A DNA stretch of 64,000 nt from Lingula anatina. Its lineage: Eukaryota; Animalia; Brachiopoda. Of the stretch, positions 24,325 to 38,200 are shown one piece after another. The notes under the pieces were generated by a model. That model was given only the letters and a program-made list of their open reading frames with translations, was not told the origin of the DNA and searched no databases. Every line of letters starts with the position of its first letter. Position 1 is the first letter of the stretch. The position numbers and the translations under genes were made by a program. The DNA lies in the NCBI GenBank assembly GCA_051362555.1, contig CM120643.1:9858001-9922000 (forward strand), read 5' to 3'.

Positions 24325-27300
24325 CTATGTGTGTGTGTGTGTGTGTGTGTGTCTATGTGTGTGTGTGTCTGTGTGTGTGTCTGTGTGTCTATGTGTGTGT
24401 GTGTCTGTGTGTGTGTCTATGTGTGTGTCTGTGTCTGTGTGTCTATGTGTGTGTGTGTATGTGTGTGTGTCTATGTGTGTGTGTGTCTGTGTGTGTGTCT
24501 GTGTGTCTATGTGTGTGTGTGTCTGTGTGTCTATGTGTGTGTGTGTGTGTGTGTGTGTCTATGTGTGTGTGTCTATGTGTGTGTGTCTGTGTGTGTGTGT
24601 GTGTGTCTGTGTGTATGTGTGTCTGTGTGTGTGTCTGTGTGTCTATGTGTGTGTGTGTCTGTGTGTCTATGTGTGTGTGTGTGTGTGTGTGTGTCTATGT
24701 GTGTGTGTCTATGTGTGTGTGTCTGTGTGTGTGTGTGTGTGTGTGTCTATGTGTGTGTGTCTATGTGTGTGTGTCTGTGTGTGTGTGTGTGTGTGTCTAT
24801 GTGTGTGTCTGTGTCTATGTGTGTGTGTGTGTCTGTGTGTGTGTGTGTGTCTGTGTGTGTGTCTATGTGTGTGTGTGTCTCTGTGTGTGTGTCTGTGTGT
24901 GTGTGTCTATGTGTGTGTCTGTGTGTGTGTGTCTACGTGTGTGTGTGTGTCTGTGTGTGTGTGTGTCTATGTGTGTGTGTGTCTATGTGTGTGTGTCTAT
25001 GTGTGTGTGTGTGTCTATGTGTGTGTGTGTGTGTCTGTGTGTGTGTGTGTGTGTGTGTGTTTGCCACATTAAATTGTATGGTCATGCATGTGTCTTTGCC
25101 TGGTCATTCATGAATTTAATACAAAGTGTATGTGCTTGTATGGATGTTTTCTTTCTGTTTTTTTTTTTTTTTTTTTATGTGCATGTGTTTGTAAGCATAA
25201 TGATGTCTTTTTTCAGAAATGTTCTTATTATTTCCTGTATGTCAGGTGATGCCAGTAGCTGCAGGGATAAAGCCCAGGTTCCAACCACACCTGCAGAAGT
25301 TTACTTCTTCGTTTTGTGGAAGACCTTTGATAAGCCTGCATGTAAGTGTATACAAATCTGGACATGCCTGTTTATATGATATAAACTTGACAGCAGTATT
25401 AGAACATTTGATAAAACAGGAAGTTTTCTGCAATATTTGGTTTTGCATTCACTCGCTGCAAGTTAATTGGTACTGTACCTTTTGAATTTGTTCGGTTCCT
25501 GTTGTGTGCACGCAAGCATGCCTGCATTCATGTGCGTATATGTGCATGTGTGTATGTGTGTGAATTAATACGTTGTGTTACATTACATTGTTACGTTTCA
25601 TTACATTATTCCAGAATTTGGCCATAATGTACCAAAACCACATCCTGGGCAATGATAAAAAGGTATCCGACCTGGCTATTCTTGGCCGCGTACTAGAAGA
25701 TCTAACTTTGCAGGATCTCATACAGTATAATGGGGAGTCTGGTCTGATTGGCAAAGTTATCCATGGTATCAGAATGAGAAAAGTAAGACAATTACCAGTT
25801 AACTGGCTACAATTGAACTTCAAGACTTATGTGTGGAGAAATTAACCTTTTTACTCTCATTGCAATGACTTCAGTTGGCAAATGGTTCAAGGAACAGTTG
25901 TTCAGAATTATTATCTAAAAGGTGATTGTGTGTCTATTAGATAGATGTTAAGTGGGAAAAATATGACTTTTGAGTTTTAAAAAATCTCAACTTTGCAGTG
26001 TAACATTAAACAAGTAATTTTTTAAAAATTATTTTATTTTTAAAAACTCCAGATTCAGTCTGCCTCATATGACTTGATGAAGCTGTGGGAAGAGCGCCTG
26101 AAAACTTACGCCTTTCCTGAGTGCAGCACGGCTAGCGACCTATACAGGGAAATAGGCAGACAAATGCCGGATTACATACAGGTATTAATTCTATCAAGTT
26201 GCCATTTGTTAAAATTAGAAATAATTGGATGCAAACTTTTCCTTGATTTAATAACATTTTATGTGTCACTCCTGGAGATGAAAAATTATTTTGATACCAA
26301 ATTTCAAATAAAAAGTTCAGTGATGTTAAATGTTGATTTGTAATTGATCGCAATGACTCCTAATTTCAGCAAATAAATAAAATAATGATGAATAACCTTT
26401 AAATATATTTATCTAATCACAAAGCGTAATTAGAACAGTTTGATGAGAAACATTGTGTTCTAGTATACTCACTGACTGTTTATTTTTCAGGAATGTTTTA
26501 ATCTGATGAACATGTAAGACCTTACATTATGCATGACTTAATTAATAACCTTGTGCAGTTCATGGAAGTTATAGACCTTTACACGTGGCACCATCTGAAA
26601 GTCACAGTGGCCATTGTCAACCAAATCAGAAAAGCAAAATTTAGGTGGCTTCTAAGTTCATTTATATGTAAAGCTTTGGCAAGTTGTACATGTGTGTCAT
26701 GTGACACCTTGATTTTCAGGGTGTAATTACTGGCACACATGTATATGGTGACATTGTGAAAGGTCTATATACCATTTAATAGGGTGGTAAGGGACTCTGC
26801 AAATCCCTAAAATACCACTTACAGTAGCTCTTGTGAACTATGAAGGGTTAGATATGGTTTTTAGAATGCAATGCTTGGTTGGATATTTGTATCAGTGTTG
26901 CTTGGTTGATTATACTTGTGGCGTGTATTTGTATATTTCTTGTTTTTCATTTTCACTAATAAGAACAAAATTGGGAGTGCGCATGTTTGTAATGTCAATG
27001 CATGTGGGAAAATTTACTGTATAATTTTTTTTTTAGAAATGATCTTATTATTTCCTGTATGTCAGGTGATGCCAGTAGCTGTAGGGATAGAGTCCAGGTT
27101 CACCTTTAAAAGGAACACCTTTATTATCCCCTAACATTGCATGTTATTTGTACATGTAATAAAAACTGGTTAATATGTGATATTTTCTTAATCTTCACAT
27201 TCATATTTTCCTTGTTATGTACAGACACAGATGTGTCTGTACATATAGCCATCATCTGCGTCTGTCGTCGTCACCGTCGTCGCCGTCCTTGCCGTCGTGC

Positions 27301-29894
27301 ACTTTTACCGATAACACGATAAGTGGAAAACTGTTTTTTATTTCAGCTTGAAACTTACAAAACTGATGAATATTCATAATCCGCAGGTCAAGTTCGAAAA
27401 TCAGCATGATCGGGCCATTTTTAGGGGAGTTATGCTATTTTTTCACTTTTTTCAACATATATGCAGCACTGATAACACAATATAAGAAAAACAGATAGGC
27501 CAATTGTCATTATACTTACAGGAGTGGTCAATCTTACTAAAACGCAGGTTGAGTTTCAAAATCAGCATAATCAGGCCATTATTTTAGAAGTTATGCTGTT
27601 TTTTCACATTTCCTCAGATTCAATTGTTAGGCATGTTAACAGTGTCATTATTGAACTAATAAGATACGTAAAAGTGTTTGTTTGACATATCCTGCATATT
27701 TATGACATTGTTAGTTGATTATGTAAAAATGATGGTAAACTTGATATCGTGTATTGTGTAATAAAGTGTCAAAAATGGAAATAAACTCATATCATTGCAG
27801 TTTGTCAGATTCAATCATCTACTATCTTCAGAATCTCAGAATGGAGGAAATTGGACATTTAACACTGTTCTATTGATATTTTTCCCATCTCATCAATTTT
27901 CTTAGTTGGTCATATACAAATGGTAGTAAACTGTTTATTTTGTTTTATGTTAAAAAAGTGTTTTAAAAATGGAAGTAAACCCATTGCAGAACAGTGCTGT
28001 CATGTTTCAGCATATATGCAGCACCGATAACACGATAAGTGGAAAACCATTTTACCTTTTGCCTTGAAACTAACAGAACTGCTGAATATTCATAATAGGC
28101 AGGTCAAGTTCGAAAATCAGCATGATCGGGTCATTTCTAGGGAAGTTATGCTGTTTTTCACTTTTTTCAGCATATATGCAACACTGATAACATAAGTGAA
28201 AAATCATTTTACCTTTTGGCTTGAAACTTGCAGAACTAATGAATATTCATATTACGCAGGTCAAGTTCGAAAATCAGTAGATCAGGTCATTTTCAGGGTA
28301 GTTATGCTGTTTTTTCACTTTTTTCAGCATATATGCAGCACCGATAACACGATAAGTGGAAAACCATTTTACCTTTTAGTTTCAAACTTACAGAACTGAT
28401 GAATATTCATAATATGCAGGTCAAGTTTGAAAATCAGCATGTTTGGGTCATTTTTAGGGAAGTAATGCTGTTTTTTCACTTTTTTCAGCATGTATGCAAC
28501 ACCTATAACACATTTGTGCTATATGATGGTACTGTAGGAATGGGTGATCACTAATTAAATTAAGGTCTATAAAGTCACTTGCCTACTCATTAATTTTCAA
28601 TTGGCCATTAAATGAGATTACATAAAACACTCCTTGAGATTTCCCTGTAAAGTCCCATAGGTTTAGCTCTCTTAACTGTGTCACAAAATTAGGATTTGGT
28701 GATAATTGTGCAGATAAATGGTGTTTAACATTGCAAATAAATTTACAACAAAAAAAATGTGTTATGCCAACATGCTATAGATGAATAACAGTGCTTTATT
28801 TTTCTCAAACTTGGTGGGGTTATTAATATCAAGTTAATACAGCTAGATTAAAAGTTTGAATAGCAGCTTTATTGGAATTTTTTACGTTTTATTTAAAATT
28901 TTTTTAAAATTATTTTTCAAACACTAGCATCTTCAAGATGTGATTTTTTACTCCCATCCACCAGAAGTGCTGTGCATTTTCTGTATTTTTGTATATAATT
29001 GTTATTTCTTCAGATTTAATTCTTAGGCATGTTAACAGTCTCATTATGGAACTAATAAGATATGTAAAAGTGTTGTTTTGACATTTTCTGCTTCTTAACA
29101 ATATTGTTAGTTGATTATATAAAAATGACGGTAAACCTGTTATTGTGCATTGTGTAATAAAGTATCATAAATGGAAAGGAACTCATCATTGCAGTTTGTC
29201 AGATTAAATCATTCACTATGTTCAGCATCTGCAAATGGAGCAAATTATACATTGAAAATTGTTCTATTGATATTTTTCCTATGTCAACAATTTTCCTAGT
29301 TGAACATTTAAAAATGACAGTTTATTGATCATTTTGTTTTAAAAAAGGTGTTGAAAATGGAAAGAAAATCATTTCAGTACAGTTATCTCTTGTTTACATT
29401 TTGGCGTTTTGAAAGTGTGACTCTGAACTTCCATGGCCTTGAAGACCTTCCCAAATCACATTTTCTGAATATTCATGATACTTTTATTTTTTTATAAAAA
29501 ATTTGATGGTTATTATGCTGTTAAGTATTATGTTTTATTGCATGAAAGTTGAAGTAAACCCTATTTTGGACACTGCTGCCAGGATAGCGATTAAGGGAAA
29601 ACCATGTTACTTACGATACTGAAACTTACTGAAAAGTTTCATAAGACAGAAGTGCAGCTTGTGTTTGAAAACCAGTTTGATTGTTTTCTGTTTTGGAAGC
29701 AATGCAGGTTTATAGAGTGCTATACTGGCATTTTCAAGTTGTGACTTATCACTCCCATCTGCCAGGAGCCCCGTACTCTTACTTTGTAACATTTTCTGTA
29801 TTTTGTTAAGTTACAAGAATGATTCTTAGGATTGACATACAGCCAAAAAAAAAAAAAAATTAATAATTAATAATATATATATATATATATATAT

Positions 29895-29932
<38 letters not shown>

Positions 29933-32900
29933 GTTTTTAATGAGTTTAAGCAATTTTTTTTTTTGTGTGTGTAATTTTCACTGTACCTCATTCTGGCATT
30001 TCCAAAGTTTAACTCTTATCAGCCTGACACCTTAGGGACTATTTCCAGACCCTATCACGCTAACTGTGGATCGATCTATCTCCATGGGAATTCTCGCTAA
30101 ATTGCAATCAATGTAAGTGGCTTAGTTGTCTGTCACTCCTACTGAAACTGGCATGCCAGAATCCTAAGACTCTCAAACTGAAAGCAATTTAGTGAGAAAC
30201 CCCTTGGAGTTGGATTGATCCTGTTAGATTGATCTAGGTATGGGAACTTAGTCTAATGCTTGATACACATTTTACTTTCATCCTAATCCAATGTTATGCA
30301 GAATAAGAATTTGATGTTGGCTATGCAGTTACAGTAAGCATAATACATTAGTTCATCAGAATTGACAGTATCCTATTTCCTGCGTTTTTATTTTCTGGTT
30401 TTTGTCTGTACATTTGACAGCTTTGCTGCCTTGTCTAGGGTTTGCCAACACATTTGTTCAAAAACTGTAGATCTATTATTTATTAAATCACCAGTTGGAT
30501 AACAAATTTAAAATAATTAACACCCAAGAAATCATGTATTAGAAAAATACATAATTATAATGTGATACTAGTACACAATTAACCTAGTAGGTAAGAACCT
30601 AGAGTTGGCATTCCCATAGCTGTGCATGAAATATCTAAGATTCCATCATCTGTGCCAGACAGAGGTTCATAGTTGTTTTTTAAAATCTTAAATATCTGAA
30701 AAGATATTGGACCATGTTTACTATAGATTTATCTTGAATGAAAGTACATACATATATGTAGGTTGCAATTTTCATTTATGTTGAGTAAAGACCAGTATTG
30801 AGTTCATGTTCTTTTGTTAAGCAGGGCCTACATGTACTATGAGTACCTACCTGGTACATAGTGGCTGATAATTAACTTACTTTGCATCAGTCAAACTCCA
30901 GGTGTAACATTGTAAAACTTGTCCTTGTCATGCACCCTGAGTTTCAAAGATTTCTGGGAAAAAAGGGATTATCATACAGGCACCTCTTGTAAAAGTTGTC
31001 CTTGTCATGCACCCTGAGTTTCAAAGATTTCTGGGAAAAAAAGTGATTATCATACAGGCACCTCTTGTAATGTCTAGTTAAAGAGGACAGCAAGAGGCTT
31101 GCTGATAGCAAAGATAATAGTTTTCAGTAAACTAAGACACTCAGGGTGTGTCCAATATGTAGATCTATTATAACAATTATAATGATCTATACCAAGCCCA
31201 TAGCCAGCAATTTCTATAGGGGGGTTCTTTTTCTGAAAAAAGTGGACCTTTGAACATGAGACCTCCATGTACCCAGATCAAATTTAAACCAGAAGGGGCC
31301 TTTTCTCAGCAAAAAGGGGGGTTCTTTCGAACTATGGGCCTGCATACTGTCTACTTTCTCTGCTGCAGTGCTGGACAGACGGTGTCATCAACAGTGGACG
31401 GTCCAGTACCTGGAGTGCTGTCCTCATGTCTGTGCTGACCAAGGGGGAGCTGGGTGAGTTTAAGAGTGCATTTCCACAATGAAACTATCGCTCTACATAT
31501 GTTGATCCAACTCCGCGGGGATTCTTGCTTAAAATGCAATCAGATTAATTGAATGACAGCTAGATGTGCACTGGGCTTCTGGAATTTTTTTCATTTTGTT
31601 TTGAGTGCAACGAACACACAAAAGTTAATCACCTCCAGCTGCTCATTTAATCTGATTGCATTCAGCAAGAGTCCCAGGGGAGTTGGATTGATCTACCTAG
31701 TATGATAGTATCATTATGAATGCACCTAAAGACGTAGCAGTGGTTTGCTTAACAAATTCAGTAGAAGCTCCCATTATTTTCATAGCTTTATATGATGTAC
31801 ATGTAGTTTCATTTTCGTTTTCTGCCCTAGTGAATTTTTTTGTATTTTACACAAGGATATAAAGGAAAGCATTTGGAAATATAGAAAGTATCACATGAAG
31901 AGAATAGAACAAGGTATAAGGTCTTCTTGGGAATCATCGTTTTGCACTTAAGTGTGAGATTGTGTCTTAAATTTCTATTTTTCAGAGTGGAAGCAAGAAC
32001 ATTACTCTGACTTGGCATTTCTTCTTGCCCATTGTGAGAAAGTTTACAGTGCTGATGTCCCCACAGCATTGCAGGTAGGTATAGGTCTTTGAAAGTAGCA
32101 AGGTACCAGTAGTTTATGACAAGACAGGTGGTGTCAAGATACATAAAGTGGCCATGAGAGCTGGTTTTCTAATTTGAGCTGAATGTCAGTCATAAGAATC
32201 ATACTTGTCAGTTAAAAGAAATAATAAGTAACACTTTTCTTTTTATGATGTTTGTGATGGCAGTGCACAAAGTAGGTTTTTTTGTCAATTTTTATGCAGT
32301 ATTACGTCATGATTAACCAATTGAGATATGTTCATAAAGGTGGTAGCAATGTAGCAGGTGAGTGGTGCCAAGATAAACATTGTCTCTATGGATAAAAATT
32401 TTCATTTTGGCCCAAGGAACATTCATGCAAAGTTAGACATTTGTACTACAAAATGCAGTGTTTAGCCAATTTTTGGTCCTTAACAAGCCTACTACAGACA
32501 TAGACATGGTAATACAATAGCTTGCAATTGTAGCAAGATAAATAACAGCAAATTAGGTGATGGCAAAGTCCTCATAGGTGTGGGAAAGACAGGTGGTGGC
32601 AAGAAAGTTGATTTTACAGTATATAAATACAATTTCAGTTCTTAGCAAATAATGATAATAATGATATTTAAAAATGAAAAAAAAAGAAAGGAAAAAGTGA
32701 ATATCATTCTTCCCTTCACCTCACTAATGAATGTGCAAAGTATAAATAATTGGACACAACTATTTTAAAGCAACATGTTTATCATTTCAGCACTTAGCAG
32801 CAGTACTCTCCAAAAGTAGTCAAAGTAAAGAGATTGCAGACATGACAACTGAGGTATGCTTTCTGTTCTGTCATTTATATTTAGTCAGTAACTTTGATGA

Positions 32901-35191
32901 ATATTTTAGTGAAAATAATCTTATTGGAGATAACCATGCAGATATGTTATTGTGTGTACTAACTATAGTACATAACTGCATGGATATTTTAGTACTTACG
33001 TATACATGTACATTGCCCCCATAAAGCTGTTGCAAGAAGAAAGTGTTGAGACTATTACAATTATTTCCCATGGCAAAAAGATAATTTTGCAGCAAAATTA
33101 CAGCAATATTGCTGCAAACTTTTAGTTTGCAAGAAAATTTTTATTGCTGCTAATTTCTAGCCATATTCCAGCAAATATGCTGCAAATTGGCAAGAAGGAA
33201 TTGCAGTTTGCAGCAATATTGCAGCAAATTTCCAGGCCTGATATTTTGCTAAGGGTTTGCCTAGAAGAATTTTATATTACTCAAAATACATTTTCACTTT
33301 CAGGATGCTGTCAAATGGCTACAAAATGACAAAGGAGAACCAGGGAAGAAATTTGCCGAGTTCATGGCAAGACATGGTCATCGATGTGTGAGAGAGGTAC
33401 AGTTTGTATCATATGGTTATTATGCAGCTCATAAGAGCTATTATTGAAAGTGGCATGAATGTATAAATTGTCATATAATTCATAAAGAGAAAATAGAAAT
33501 GTTAAAAAAAAAACTAAATGCACATGGTGATCATGTGCACTTCAAAATCAGGATATACTGTACAAGTTAATTAATGCTGTGACTTACATGGAATATTTTC
33601 ATCCTTGCATTTATTGTTTATTATCTCATTGCTGGACTGAAATTCATCAAGGGAAAGAAACTAAAAACAATTTTAAAAATTACAGAATGGACATTTATAG
33701 AAAGATATATATTTCCATTCATAGATAAAAGCAAACAGATATATATGTTTATACAGTCATATTTCCTTATTTATACACATTGCTCTTATTAACACAGCAT
33801 TTGAAAAAGAAATAATTAGAACATTGGATTGAAAATTTGATTTTTCACTTGTATAATTTTTACATGTACAATGTAGCAGTATAGAATTCCAAATAATTGT
33901 GTATAAAGTCTATATTTTATTACTATAGGCAGAAATGTTGGAGAGGTCATGGAGGCAGCAGCCAGAGAAAGTGGTATCAGTTATTCAGGTAATCTCTTAA
34001 AAGAGTTCATGGATTGTGGAATTTATCATTCAGCGTTAGAACATCAGCGCATGGCCAGTTTGTCCTGAGGAAGGCTCTTGAGTAGAGTTAAAAACTAGAC
34101 AGTATGAAAATATTTAGATGAAAACTTTTTTTAACATCTTTATTCTCATAAAAGGTTAAATGTAATTTACAGTATAAATAAAGGCAGCAAGTCACCAAAG
34201 CATTATATGCTCACCTTAGAAATATCAAGTCATAAAATTAGATAATGTAAAATAAAAAAAAGAAAAAATCTTCAAAGAAAAGATGAGTAACAATGACATA
34301 AAGTGACATTTGAGGGGAGGGAGGAACAGGGCATGAGGGGAAGATAAAAACTGTCTGTGAAATGATTAATTCAACAATCCATATTCAGGATATTATTGTT
34401 ACAGTGGTGCTATTAGTTGAATTGACCATGCATACTGATTTGGTCAAGACTATTTTGAATCTAATTCAATCTTTTTAATTATTCAAATCTGTTAGAATTA
34501 CAATTATTAAAATTAGAATTAATAAAATTATTAAAATTAGAATTAATAAAATCATTAAAATTAGAATTATATAAAATCTAAAATCCCTATTAAAACCTCC
34601 AGTATATTTTGTGATATTTGTGAGAAGATCGTTGAAGAAATATAACAAGTTCCATTTGTTTTTCTTCTAGTCCATGATGAAGGCGGGTATCCCAGAAGTG
34701 ACCAAGAGATCCATTATGAGTGTGTCAGACTCGTTGGCTGGTATCAAGTCTCCTACCACATGGTTTGGAAGGTATAAAATATATACTGCGTATAATTCAA
34801 TTGTACTGTAAATAATTTTTTGTTTACATATATTTTGTTATGATTAAGTTAAATGATTCAGCAGTAGTAATCACTTTCTTTAGAACAAAAAATAGTAGTG
34901 AAACAGCTATGTTTCACTCTTGTCACAAGAGTATCATCAGGTTAGATACCCACTGTTGCAAAGTATTTGATTATTATCACTAAAATGTCAGTAAATACAA
35001 TTCCTTGGAACCGTGAACAACTTTAATTTGTTGTTAGACTTTTGTTGTCTTTCTTTCTATTTAATAACACAGACTTTGTATTACTTAACATGATTCTTTC
35101 AGATTGATCCTAAAATGGGCATTGCCAAGAGCCAGGGCTGCAGTAGGAGATAGAGAGTGGGGCAAGGTAATCACAATCTCTTCTCTCTCGA

Positions 35192-35233
<42 letters not shown>

Positions 35234-38200
35234 AGTCATTAGCATAACTTTTTGGACAGTTTTTACGTCACTGTGTAACAGAATTGGCATTTTTCCCCCA
35301 AGTTTCAAATATTTTTCTCATCTTTTTCATCCTGGGTATATTTTTTCTTTGCTTTCCAGTCAATTTCAGTACAGATGACAGATGTCTTCAAGGAGGCCTA
35401 TTGGGCATTGGCCGAGCTCATGGTGAAAGAGGTAATGTGTGTTTATTTTTTTTATATAGGATTGCCCTATACTTTTGAGTGCATCCTTAGAATATTTTGG
35501 AATAATGAGAAAGAGTTGTTTGATGTAACTTTGCATATTTACTGACTTTTTTTATCAGTGTTCACAAATTTGATTTATAATTTCTGGAAAAAATTTTCGT
35601 TCATTTGAAATTCATAAAATACATATATGATTTTTAGTGTAAGATAATTCTTGAATAGTATGATATTTAGGGTCGTCTGCCAGAGCCAGATTTACTTTTC
35701 TTCCTCACTCACCAAGAGATTGGGACATTGCTAAAAACAAGATCAGGAAGGCTGGTGGCAAAGTTTGTATTTTTATTTCAGTTTCAAAAAAAAAAACAGT
35801 TTATAGAGCAAACAGATATGTATTTTAATTAAGTGAATTTCAATATTATTAATATTTTTCTTTTAGCTTTATATGGTATTCTTCAGTAAATGCAGATAGA
35901 TCAGCACTATGGATAACTATTCTCAAGTAATATAATAGAAAAATATGTACATTTATAAGAAATGCATGAATTGATTAAGAAATATTTCTGGATATTGTTG
36001 ATAAACAAAAGCATACACCTTTCTTCCAGGGCCAACAGGAGAAAACGAGTACTTCCAAAACAGATGACGACAGAGTTCCCAGAATTTAGCATTGGTCACC
36101 CTGAACCTGTAAATATTTTGGATTATTAATAAATTTGTTTCTTTGCACATCTGCAAAGATTTTATCTATTCCATAAAGCAGAAAGAACAGTTCCTGGGCA
36201 TTTGCACACCTTGTAATTGTGTTATTCTCTTCTGTAAAAAAAACATGAGAAACAACATGTGATGCATATTTGACCTAGGTTATTGGCAAAATGCAATCAG
36301 TTCATGTCTATGCTACATGTACATACAAAAAATTATGAGTTGACAGAAAGCTGTGGATTTGTATAGTTCCAGATATTTGCTGTAAAATACTGTGTAAATG
36401 AAGTTAAAATAGTCAGGGAACTATAAAGAACTTACTTTCTTTTTTGAACTGAATATAATTTTAATTTTTTAATACACTTATAACACGATACTCTATTTGC
36501 TTAGAAAACTGCAAAGGGAGTTATTGATTTTTTTATTTCTTTGCATCAAAATAAATGCATAGATTTTAATTGAAAGGATAGAATTTTTATATTGTTTTGA
36601 ATTTAGATGGAGCAAAGCACGAAATCTTTGACATTGGTAATGTGTTTTTATGCACGTATATTTACTTTTTCAGATAGAAGAAGTAACCGAAAATGATTCT
36701 GTTGTGACATCTGTTGCTCTTAAAGGTCAGTAGAAACAAATGATACATCAAATATAAATTACTTTTAAAAAGGCTGAATTTTTTGTTATATGTTGTTTGT
36801 TTGTGAAAGGTGCAGGGCTGGTTGGCACATGACTTTTTTAAGTACATTTTAATAAAATTGATCAAAATAATACATTCAGGGACAGGCTTCAGGGAACATC
36901 TTCTGAGAACACAAGATGGATAAATTATAGATAACTTCTTTGGTTCCTCATTTTAGTTATGTATGGTTTCTTTAAATAGGGTTTTTTTAGAAGTCTACAA
37001 AATGTGTACCCTAAAAAAAAACTTTGTGAGTAGATCTTAAGGGTGCAAAGCACATGTGCTCCCAGCAGTTCTGAATTCCAGAAATTTAAAGTGACTAGTT
37101 TTCACTCCAGTTTTAACTTCTTCAATATGAACAAATATAAAGAGGTATGTATGTTTTGCAAGATATAATCTGAAAGACATTTTCCATAGAAATACCGATA
37201 AAGTCAATTTGACATTTATTATTTTAGGCCTGCCGGTGAGTCAAGGTGTAGTCAGGGGGACAGCTAGGGTGGTCACCTCTCTGCAGGAAGCAAGTCAAAT
37301 TCAGGTAGGGGTTATCACACTGGTACTCAGTTTAATTTTGAGGAGCAATTTTATTCTTTCTTTCTTTTTTCCCTTTATTTTGAAAAATTCAATTTTATTT
37401 CTTTTTTAAAGGGAGAGTATTAAAATTTAAAAAAAATGAAATATTCTTTTTGGTAAGAAATGCATTTTGTATGCCCTGTTATGTTTTTTATTCAAAATTC
37501 TTAAGGAAGAAAAATAACCTTGACACAAATAGCACATTTTTATTACAATTTCTGGTCATTTGACAATTTCATAAGATGTGTCCTGTTGTTTTTTTTTTCA
37601 GCCTGGTGACATCCTGATAGTGCCCTACACAGATGTGGGATGGTCCCCTTATTTCCCACTTATATCAGGACTGGTGACTGAACTGGGAGGACTCCTGTCA
37701 CATGGTACTAACCCACATGTTTCCAGTTTACTGGGGACAGCTTATCTTAGAACTGAACTGTCTTCATTAGCAGACTGTGTCAGATGTTACAATAATGACT
37801 TTACAATGAGGAAAATTGTGAATTCTATACTGTATTTTCATAATTTTTCATATTTTTGTTAATTAGAACATTCCTATTGAGTGTTAGCAACAAAATTGAA
37901 AAGCAGGCTACTAAATATTTTTTACAGTAAAAGCACCATATATTCTACATAGAAATATATTTTTAATGATCCTATATAATTATTAATCTGAAAGATAAAT
38001 AGTTTTCCCCATTGAAAAAATCGAATCATTACGGGTTACCATAACTTATTCTTTGTATCATATTGCACAATGTAATTACCTCCGCCAAGGAGGTTATGTT
38101 TTCACCCCTGTCTGTCTGTCTGTTTGTTGTTTGTCATCATCATAACTCAAAAAGTTATTGAGCGATTTTGATGAAATTTTCAGGGTAGGTGGGAAATGGG

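Noticed and set aside
23435-25379. Three long 533-619 aa Val/Cys ORFs
   Set aside because: They are translations of a (TG)n microsatellite. Only 23431-23503 and 25246-25341 are real exons.
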